NCBI GenBank assembly: GCA_001179505.1
Contig: CDMY01000779.1
Span: forward strand, 1 to 20,617
DNA from: Vitrella brassicaformis CCMP3155
Taxonomy: Eukaryota; Protista; Chromerida
DNA: 20,617 nucleotides
Reading direction: 5' to 3'
A program made the position numbers and the translations under genes. A model generated the notes under the pieces. It worked only from the letters and a program-made list of their open reading frames with translations. It was not told where the DNA came from and did not search any database. Below are positions 1-9,682 of the stretch, piece after piece (the stretch's first letter is position 1; each line of letters starts with the position of its first letter).

Positions 1-153
1 ATCGGATGAGTGAGCGTGCCCTTTGTGCATAGGCATATGTGGATAGATTCATGGAGGCGATTTGGACAAGCGAGTGCATGGATGCCATCTGTCAATTATC
101 TCTTCCTCCGTTAGGCCCCGAGGAATCGGTCTCACCCATAGCTTTGCACAACC

Positions 154-2102
154 ATGGGTGGCAACGCCACTCAGGTGAGAGAACGAGCAGCCTGCAGGCC
201 AAGCAAATCGCGTGAATCACGGCGTGAATCATCGTGTGTGCTGTCTGTCTGCGTGTGATTGTGTTGTCCTTCGCTTTGGTGCAGATGAGTGAAATGGCAA
301 CGAGGGATCAGCTGCTCAAACAGATTGAGGCCTATCAGACCAATCAGGCCAGGGTATCTGACCGACACACTCACTCAGTCACTCATTCAGTGCATCCGTC
401 GCTCGTCGGTTGCTTTGTGTTGTTTGTGTCTGCTGTGGTGTGCAGGTCAACAATTGCATCGGCCGACTCACTCAGATGGACACCGCTATGATCACACCAC
501 TGGTGCGGACAGACTGCCACACACAGCACAAAGGCCTCTGTGTCATGATGCTCTCGTGTGATTCGTCAGATGGTGGCCAATGTCAGTCGTCAACTCGCCA
601 ACGAATCGGCCCGTCTGGCCCAGCTGGCGGACAATATCGACTCGACCATCGCACTCACAACACACACCCGGACACAGGTCAGAGAGAGACCACACAGACA
701 CAGACACAGACACACACACACAGAGCTCCATGTGTGTCTTTCTGTGTGTCGTCAGGCTCAGCGATTGCACCTGTCTGACATTCCCGCCGAGCCGATCAGC
801 ATCGTCCTCGCACAATCTGACCTCATGACCGTCGCCCGACTCAAGGCGACAGCCCGCCACTTCAGAAACGCCCTGCGGCCCATCAGCCGCCGTATTCGGC
901 TGCGGAAGGCCATCAAGCGGGCGGGGGCGGGCGGTGTGGTGCAGTTCGACGATCAGCTGAGCCACGGCGATGTGATGAAGGCCATGTGCGTGATGGAGGA
1001 GGGGGGCGAGAGCGGCTGGGGGGAGGTGGCCGACACACTTAGACTTTCCGAGCATTGGGGCCATTGCCAGCTGCCCGTCACTGTGGGTGCCAGAGATCTG
1101 CAGACACACGCCACCAAGGCAGTAAGAGCGATACACATGAGAAGAGGCAATGAGTGAACGGCTCTCTCTTTGTGTCTATGTGTGTGTTGGGTGCAGGACT
1201 ACTCATCGCTGCCCCGTTTCTGTGCGCAGTGGATGGTCGTCGGCCGCCATGTGGCCCTCCGTCGCCCCACTGCCCAGCAAGACGGCACACTACAGCTGTT
1301 CCGCCACAGCAACGAGATTCGCCTCATCCGGAACGAGCCCAACTTCGCCATCACTATCAACCCGCCCCTCCACCTCCCCAACCGCCCCGTCCATCCCTTC
1401 TCGCAGCACCCCTTTCAGCAGCACGCCAAGCCACACGACCCGCCCGTCCGCTGCCGCATTCTGTGGGATGATGGTGTGGGCTGGACGACGGCAGGTGTGA
1501 ACAACGGGTGTGTTTCCGCATCGGCGAGTTCTCTGCTGAAGGTGCTCATGCTGGTTCACCGAGGGATGGCCGTGGGCGGCATCTCTCAGTCGCCACTAGT
1601 GGCAGTAGACCGGTAAGTGGATGGATGAAGAGGGCAGGTCGCTCGTGGTCTGTGTCAAACGTGTGTGTCTGTGTGTGTCAGGAGTGTGCGTGGCGGTTAT
1701 CTGGATCGTAAGCTGACCCGGCCGCCCCACACGCCCCTTGACGAGTGCTCACACGTGATGACATGGGAGGCGGTCGGTGGGATGTGTAGGCAATCGCATC
1801 TGCTGACGTCGGATGACCCCTTCGTCGCATGGATTACCTTGGGCACCCCTCAGGCGACAACCAGAACGGTACGCTTACACATAAAGAAGGAGCAACTCGA
1901 CAACACCCCCATGCTGTCATGGTGTCTGATTTTGTGCTCATGGCTGCGTGCAGTGCACATCATCATCCGGACCACCGAGGCGCCAGCGGCAGGTGTGGCC
2001 AATGACGCGCCCTTCGCACAGCGGTTCCCACGGACAGCTGCCAAAGTGCGTCGCGCCCTCGGCCCCATCGCCTCCATCGTCCTCGACGGCCAGGCACCAT
2101 AG
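154..2102 (+). CDS. Orphan-family protein A with F-box-like motif (spliced, ~485 aa if 1869-1953 is retained)
   Basis: Exons 154-174, 285-353, 446-502, 570-677, 756-1121, 1197-1612, 1682-2102, all GT-AG with consistent phases. Every exon boundary is mirrored in the paralogue at 5537-7488. Exon 5 starts with LHLSDIPAEPISIVLAQSDLMTVARLKATARHFR, which resembles the F-box consensus (LxxLPxE...L...RL..V.R.W/F.R). The N-terminus MGGNAT fits MGxxxS/T. The F-box call is pattern recognition, not an HMM hit. Confidence 0.8.
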
Positions 2103-2233
2103 ACAGAACGTTAGGGCCACACACATGACGCAGACGACCTGATGTGTGTATATGCTGTTGTATGTTGGTGTGTGTTCCACAGGGCGGCTGGCTGACGTCA
2201 AGGAAAGACACACAAGTAGCCGACTGTCTGGCT
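154..2233 (+). repeat. Left arm of a ~2.1 kb inverted segmental duplication (partner 5399-7488)
   Basis: Direct alignment with the reverse complement of 5399-7488. Exon 4 has 4 mismatches in 108 nt, intron 3 has 1 substitution plus a 4-nt indel, and the post-stop intron has 4 mismatches in 73 nt. Confidence 0.92.
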
Positions 2234-2487
2234 GGTGGGTGGGTGTGTGGACTGGGTGCTGCATGATGGGTGCTGCATGATGGACAGACAGATGCTTGCG
2301 GGCGCAAGGTCTGGGCGTGAAGAATGCGTGTGTTGAGAACATTATTCCCACATCGCATAGCCGATCGGTCATAAGTCAAGTCGTCTCTGTCCGGCAAAGC
2401 TATCTATACACGCCCCCATCATGAACTAGGCCATGCACTAGAGCCCCTCTCCCTTCCCCCTTCCCCTACTACCACTGTCACTATCCC

Positions 2488-5103
2488 TCACTGCACAGAG
2501 CACCCCCCACAGCACCCCTTGTCCACCGTCTTGGGGTCCGTCATCCGGTTGATGGCCTCATGCTCAGTCACCTTCTTGCCGTCGCTGCTCACCAGCTGCA
2601 GGTCATAATCCACACACTGGCCGTTGCCGCCTGCTGAGGTGCTCATCGTGTCGATGAAGGCGCTCAGCAGGCCGTAGTTGCGGTCTTGCACCCAGCCGAA
2701 GTGGTCGAAGGAGTAGTGGCCCGGCAGCCGGGCTGACAGCTCACGGGCGAGGGTGGGGGCGGCTGCCTGATACCTGACGACGGTTTACAAAGACGCATCA
2801 GCAGACACATGCAGCCATCCGTCTCTCTCTCTCTCTCTCTCTCTGTCAGGGCGCACCATGGCAGCCTCTTGTTAGCAATTGCCGATGAGGTCATCTGCTT
2901 GAGCCTGGCGGATGCTGGCCTGGTGGACCCCCTTGACACGCCGACGGTTGTGTCGACTATCTCGGTCATGCCGCCCTCGTGCACATCGCCGCCCACAATC
3001 GTCACCTCTCGATGGCCGTCGGGCCGATTTCGCCGCCATGCGAAGAGCAGCTTCACACACAAATAAGCACACAGAAGGAACGTCATGTGAGCAAAAAGTG
3101 ACTGGATGTGTGTTTGTGTGTGTGATAGGAGGGTTGGGGGGGTGGGTGTGTTGCTTACTTTAAGGAATTCTTCGGTCTCTTTGAGATGGTCTGTGGCCGT
3201 CCAGCTCCCATTGAGGTCGTTCACCACTGCACGAGCCATGGCGACAGCACACAAAGCCCAGCATTATGTCATCTGCTGCCTGTCTGCCCTCCCTCTCTCT
3301 CTCCCTCTCTCTCCTTGTGTGTGTGTGTGTGTGTGTGTGTGTGGACAGCCCACCTTTGACGGCGAGCTGGTTGACAGTGTGTGAGAGGTAGGCCACAGGC
3401 ACCGAGGCCAACACCAGCACGAACCGACACCCATCGAACGTACCACCCTCACCCAGCGCCTCACGAAGGGCATCCCACTGGGCCGCACCCTACACACACC
3501 CCACGCGAAAGAATATGAGAAACACTCAGTGTGTGTACGCTGCCGTTCTCTGTCCATCCATCCATCCCTCCCGACTCACCATGTGTGGCAAGTCTTTGTC
3601 GGTTTTGTCATTCCAATGGAATGTCTTGCACGCACGCAAATCGAGAAACAGGAAACCCACCTCACCTATCCAACCACACAGAGAGAGAGAAAGAGAGAGA
3701 GAGAGAAGTAGAGAGGCATACATGGGAAGATGAGAGCTGTGCCTCCCCTTTTCTCACCGAATGAGTGGAAGTGGTATGCGCAGTGAGGTGCCGGTTGTGG
3801 CGGCAGCATTGGGGGGTAGTTGGGCATGGGCACTTCATGCAGCGTGAAGTCCTCATACAACTGCCGCTGGTACTCGTTGTAGCACTGATACGCCGCCATG
3901 GCCACATAGTGGTCGGGGTTCTTGGGGTCTCTGTGCTCGTCGGTGTCGCCCCAGTCGTCCCTTATCTCATGGTCATCCTGACCATTCACAGAGAGAGAGA
4001 GAGAGAGATGCATCCACACACGAGTAGTGGTGGTGGTGGTGGTGGTTACGAGAATCATGAGGTTGGGGATGTTGGCCAGCACGCGTCTGGTGGGGGGGTG
4101 GCCCCATGTGAGGCGGTACACGTCACGGAAGATCTCACACATGTTCTCGTACTCGTTCACCTGCACACACATGTACCGAATGCGCCCAGAGGCTCACTCG
4201 TGTGTCCCTCCCTCCCTCCCTCCCTCTCACCCATTGATCTCTGGGTTTATCCTCGATGAGCTTCTTGGCCACGGCGAACCTGCACTCGTCATCAGGACCC
4301 TGGAAGTCACGCTTGTGTCCCTCAATCAGATACAAATCGCTGTCGGCGTAGATATTGTCACCTACGACAACAGCACCATGCACGAGCATCCACCCATCCA
4401 TCAATCCAGCAATGGGTGTGTGCGTCATCCTGGCGACTGAGTCTGACCGATGTGCAGCAGGTAGTCAACGGACCGCTCCTTGACCCGCTGCTCGAGGTCT
4501 CCCCAGAGGTCGCCACTCGGCTCCACATCCTTGTGTGTCGTCCATATCTACACACACACACAGACACACACACTCTCTCTCTTTTACGTGTGTGTCTGTG
4601 TGTTCCATCCACATCAGCCCGCCAACCTTGTTGCATGAGACCACAGCAATCCTGGGCGGCCTTGCTTCGAGCGTCCACACGGTGGGCAGCGTGGTGAAGG
4701 AGCAGGACAGCGGCTCCTTGGTGTTGGTGGGCGCGTCGAAAGCCACCGAATAGTGGGTGCCTGCACACACACACACACACACACACACGGGGCCCACGGT
4801 TGTGTGTGTGGTGTGCAGATGTGTCATTGCTGCGCACATGGTGTCAGGCCGGTGAAGACAAACACGCCGGGCCTGCCAGCCGTGAATGTCTTGGTGCGTG
4901 AGACCCCTCCATGCTCAGCCGTCGACAGAGAGCACGTCACAGCCATGGAACTCTCGACCTCTATCAAGATCCTGCGCGCATCCGACACCAGAGACTCGCA
5001 TGGGCGTGCAATGTGGGTGCTTGGCAGACACCGCCGCTCGGGGGATATCTTACCTTGCAGACGTGCCGGTCACTTTGCCAATCACCGGGCCGAGAACAAT
5101 CAT
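2488..5103 (-). CDS. phoD: PhoD-family (alkaline phosphatase D-like) metallophosphatase, 12 exons, 549 aa, C-terminal CC..CSVQ
   Basis: Exons (minus) 5103-5054, 4971-4838, 4760-4627, 4547-4448, 4361-4231, 4160-4050, 3977-3758, 3665-3580, 3489-3354, 3226-3159, 3050-2857, 2773-2488 total 1650 nt with a continuous frame. Splicing restores PhoD motifs in order: GPVIGKVTGTSARI, GLTPCTHY, AVVSCN, YLLHIGDNIYAD, MILDDHEIRDDWG, LFLDLR, GAAQWDAL, VLASVP, IVGGDVH, RNYGLL. An in-frame TGA upstream of ATG 5103 supports the start. Confidence 0.92.
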
Positions 5104-5398
5104 TCCGGCGCAGCACGAGTCACAGATATGGTACTTTTGTCAAACGTCCAGCCGCTGCGCTGCCCAAATTTCAAGGATCCACTTTGCGTGGATCATGCGA
5201 GCTAAGCGCCGAGGGCATTCTCCCTGGGGGATTGAATCCAATGTGTCCGTCTTTTGGCTGTGCCCTGGTGTCGTTCCAGAGCAGACAAGCAGGCCCGGAA
5301 GATGGTTTCCTTCTTCCGCTTTTTTGTGATCTGTGCACACGCTCCGCGTTCCAATCGGTCTCGCACAACATAGTGCACCAGTCCGCTCGCCCGCTCCC

Positions 5399-7488
5399 CC
5401 GCCAGACAGTCAGGTACTACAAGTTGTGTGTCTTTCCTTGACGTCAGCCAGCCGCCCTGCAGAACACACATCAACATACAACAGCATATACACACATCAG
5501 GTCGTCTGCGTCATGTGTGTGGCCCTCACCTTGTGTCTATGGTGCCTGCCCGTCGAGGGCGATGGGGGAGATGGGGCCGAGGACCCGGCGGGCCTTGGAG
5601 GCCGTCCGTGGGAATCGTTGGGCGAAGGGCGCGTCATTGGCCACACCTGCCGCTGGCGCCTCGGTGGTACGGATGATGATGTGCACTGCACGCAGCCATG
5701 AGCACAAAATCAGACACCACGACGGCATGGAAGTGTTGTCGATGTGCTCTTACTTAACGTGTATGCGTACCGTTCTGGTTGTCGTTGAGGCCTGGAGGGA
5801 AGCCGAAGGCAATGTATGCGATGAAGGGGTTATCGGACGACGTCAGCATAGGCATCTGCACACAGTCACCACTGGACTTCTCGTATCTCAGGACATCCGA
5901 GCATCCGTCAAGGAGCGTGTGAGGCGATCGGGTCAGCATACGATTCAGATGACCGCCACGCACACTCCTGACGAACACACACATCCATGTTTGGCGCAGA
6001 CCACCAGCGACCTGCCACCTTCATCCATCCACTTACCGGTCAACGTGCACTATTGGCGACTGGGACATGCCGCCCACAGCCGTCCTCCGATGAGTCAGCA
6101 ACAGGGTCCTCAACATGGAACTCGCCGATGCAGAAACGCCCCCGTTGTTGGCAGCAACCGGCACCCAGCCCACACTAGGCTGCCATGTAATGCGGCAGCG
6201 GACGGGCGGGTCGTGTGGCTTGGCGTGTTGCAGGAAGGGCTGCTGTGAGAAGGGATGGACGGGGCGGTTGGGCCGGGGGAGGGGCGGGTTGAGGGTGATA
6301 GCGAAGCCGGGCTCGTTGCGGATGAGGCGTAGCTCGTTGTCATTGTGGCGGAACAGCTCGAGTGTGCCGTCATGCTGGCCGTTGGAGCGGCGAAAGGCCA
6401 TACGGCGGCCGACGAGCATCCACTGGGCACAGAAACGGGGCAGTGACGAGTAGTCCTGCACCCAACACACAGAGAGAGAGCGCCATCCACTCATTGCCCG
6501 ATTGCCTCTTCTCGTGTGTGTCGTGCTTACCGTTTTGGTGGCGTGTGTCTGCAGATCTCCGGCGTCCACAGTGATGGGCAGCTGGCAATAGCCGCAGTGC
6601 TCGGAAAGTCTGAGTGTGTCGGCCACCTCCCGCCAGCCGCCCTCGCCCCCCTCCTCCACCACCCACATGGCCTTCATCACATCGCCGTGGCTCAGCTGAT
6701 CGTCGAACTGCACCACACCGCCCACCCCCGCCAGCTCGATGGCCTTCGGCAGCCGAATACGGCGGATGATGGGCCGCAGGGCGTTCTGATAGGGCGGGCT
6801 GTCGACTTGAGTCGGGCGACGGTGATGAGGGCAGAAAATGCGAGGATGGTGCTCATCGGCTCGGCGGGAATGTCAGTCACGTGCAATCGCCGAGCCTGAC
6901 GACACACAGAAAGACACACATCGAGATCTGTGTGTGTGTGTGTGTGGTCTCTCTCTCACCTGTGTGTGGGTGTGTGTTGTGAGTGCGATGGTCGAGTCGA
7001 TGCTGTCCGCCAGCTGGGCCAGACGGGCCGATTCGTTGGCGAGTTGACGACTGACATTGGCCACCATCTGACGAATCAAGCACACGAGAGCATCATGACA
7101 CAGAGGCCTTTGTGCTGTGTGTGGTAGTCTGTCCGCACCAGTGGTGTGATCGCAGCGGTGTCCATCTGAGTGAGTCGGCCGATGCCATTGTTGACCTGCG
7201 CACCACAGCACACACAAACAGCACAAAGCAGTCAGCCGATGAGCGACGGATGCACTGAATGACTGAATGAGTGACTGAGTGAGTGAATGTTTTGGTTACC
7301 TACCCGCGCCTGATTGGTCTGATAGGCTTGAATCTGTGCCAGCAGCTGCTGCCGCATCGCCGCCGTTGACGTCTGCAGCAGACGTCACATGGCAAACAAT
7401 CACATTGTCAATCAGATATAGCCCCATGCCATCGTTCACGTGCTTTGGTTGGCTCCTCTTCTCTCACCTGAGCAGCGCTGGCAGCCAT
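5399..7488 (-). repeat. Right arm of the inverted segmental duplication (partner 154-2233)
   Basis: Same alignment; similarity extends about 130 nt past the stop codon. Confidence 0.92.
5537..7488 (-). pseudogene. Paralogue B of gene A (inverted copy) with a -1 frameshift just after the F-box-like motif
   Basis: Exons 7488-7468, 7372-7304, 7195-7139, 7067-6960, 6895-6531, 6455-6037, 5967-5771, 5685-5537 align to gene A. At 6784-6785 it reads ATC AGA A-C GCC where A has TTC AGA AAC GCC. The missing A shifts the frame to a TGA at 6692-6694; the downstream exons are otherwise open. A sequencing error cannot be excluded. Confidence 0.75.
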
Positions 7489-7746
7489 CGTGCAGCCAAA
7501 CCACCAAAAAAGCTATGAATCGAAATGTCGTTTCGGGGCTTCAACAGGCTCCAGGCTTTGCACGCCTCACCTCGTCACCGCCATGCCTCCCTTCGCTCGC
7601 TCGCGGTCTCACTCGTCATTTTGCGAGCTCGAGGGAGCGAGCTTGGATCCACTCCGCGATGGAGAAAAGGACTCCTGGAAAGGCATGCGGGTGTGTGTGT
7701 GACCCCTGAGCCACCACACACGACAAATTAATGAGATGGCAGCAAG
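7489..7746. promoter_or_regulatory. Short (258 bp) head-to-head intergenic region, candidate bidirectional promoter
   Basis: Lies between the ATG of paralogue B (7488, -) and the ATG of the methyltransferase (7747, +). No specific motif was identified. Confidence 0.35.
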
Positions 7747-9215
7747 ATGAGGTACAGACACACCACACTAAACTGACCCGCCTTTGACTGCTAAACTTGT
7801 GACTGCTGCTGCCTGTGTGCTGTTCGTTGCAGGTCATCTTCGATCCGCTGGCCTCCCAGCGGCCATTTCCACCCTCCCCGGAAGAAGAAACACAAGGCAG
7901 ATGAGTCACCCCTCCCGTCATCCTCCGACTCCCCCCTGCCCTCGCCCATCCCCCTCCCGGCCCTCCCGCTCTCATCCCACCACACCGTGACGGCATGGCT
8001 GCTGCCGCGCACCCTCACACTGCTCACCTCTGTCGTCGCGCTTCTCGTCCTCTCGCACCTGGTCGTGGAGCTCTTTCACAAAGGCGGGGAGAGAGAGGAG
8101 GGAGCCGGTAGTGGTTTTGCGGATGGTTTTTCGACGATCCATGGGCATGGTGCCAGTGGTGCGGTCAAGTTGTTGGGCCAGGTGCGTGAGCTGATGGACG
8201 AGGGGGCCCGGGTCATCGATGCCATGGAGGAGACCAGGAAGGAGGCAGAGGCAATGCGCGGAAGGGCCAACCAACTCAGTACGTCCGCGGAGAAAGAGAG
8301 GAGGCCGGGCGGGGCGAGATATCCGCTGTCTGTCTGTCTGTCTGATGTGTGGTTTGTGTGTGTGTGTGTGTGTGTGTTGCAGTTGTGAGTGCATCCCAGT
8401 TGTCGTCCAACACGACGGTCGATTGCTCAACGCTCCCAACATCCATCCACTCAGTCAGCCTCAACGCCCACGAGATTAGCGCCCTCCAATCGCTGATAAG
8501 ACCAGACGTAAGGGGCCACACCACAGCACAGCACATCTTATCTGTGTGTACGCCGCGCTGTGTGTCGTGGATATAGTCGGTGTATTTCGAGTGGGGTGCG
8601 GGGGGCTCTTCGCTGGCTGCGGCGGCCACGGCGGGCGAGTCATGGTCAGTCGAGAACGCCCTCAAGCTGTGCTCCTCACTGCGGGCCGACCAGCGGTGGT
8701 CATGCTTCGAGCGGTCGGGGAAGCTCCACCTCATGTGCCTCGACGGCGGCAAAACCGACAAATTTGGTACGTGCGTCAGAGGGCAGGATGGGTGACAGCA
8801 AGACAACACACACACACACACACACAGACACAAAGACACATGGCCGGTGTGTGGTTGGATGTGTGTGTGTGGTCACTCAGGTGTGCCCCGGAGTGAGACT
8901 CAGGAGTTCACGCAGCAGTACGTCGAGGCCATCGGCCGGCCAGGCAGGGCCCACTTCGACGTCATATTTGTCGACGGGCGCTACAGAGTGGCGTCCGCCC
9001 TCCATGCCCTCAGCTACATGAACCACACGGACTCCGTGCTCGTGCTCAACGACGCCGACCGGCCCGAGTACGCGCCAATCAGTGTTTTCTATGACACTGA
9101 GGTGCGTGTGGGGCGGATGGCCGTGATGCGACCTAAGGCTGACGTCCTGGCGGACAGTGAGATACGAGAGTATGTGCAGAGGGAATACCTGAGACACCTG
9201 GAGGTGTCTATGTAG
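7747..9215 (+). CDS. Type II single-pass membrane protein with a C-terminal class I SAM-dependent methyltransferase domain, 366 aa
   Basis: Exons 7747-7751, 7833-8278, 8383-8507, 8577-8766, 8881-9215 total 1101 nt in frame. Architecture: Pro/Ser-rich N-tail, hydrophobic TLTLLTSVVALLVLSHLVV, helical stalk, then SAM motif I VYFEWGAGGSS, FDVIFVDGRYRVASAL and VLVLNDADRPEY. The 5-nt first exon is the least certain part. Confidence 0.82.
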
Positions 9216-9682
9216 CCAGAGACACTGACAGGCAGTGTGTGCGTCTCCACACGTGTGCGTCGTGCTGGTGTGGTTTTCCGATTCCTTGATTGCTTGGCTG
9301 GTTGCTGAGGGCTGGCTGGGCGGAGGTTTAGTAGCGGGCCGGTCAATGTGTGTGTGCGTCTTTGTATTCACCGGACATGGCGCCAATCTTGTAATGAAGC
9401 TTTGTGTGTCATCTGTGACAGATGCGTCACTTTCCGTGCTTGCGCGGATCTAATGAAGCTTTGTGTGTTGTGTGTGAGCGCCATCGGCTGACGAATTCGT
9501 CCCTCTCTTTTCCCCTGCGAGCTCGGCAGCGAACCTTGCACAGGTTGCGCCACGATGAAGCACCACTTCGTGCCGCTAGAGTGAGCAGTCCCCTCAATCT
9601 GCTGTCCGGTGAGGACTGGAGGCGGAATGCACGATTCGGGATGCCAACAAAGCATCATATCATTCATCTCAGCAGCAACTGA

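Noticed and set aside
5686-5790. Apparent frameshift and stop codons in the last exon of paralogue B
   Set aside because: Fully explained by an 85-nt phase-1 intron (5770-5686) whose removal restores the frame. The real lesion in B is at 6784-6785.
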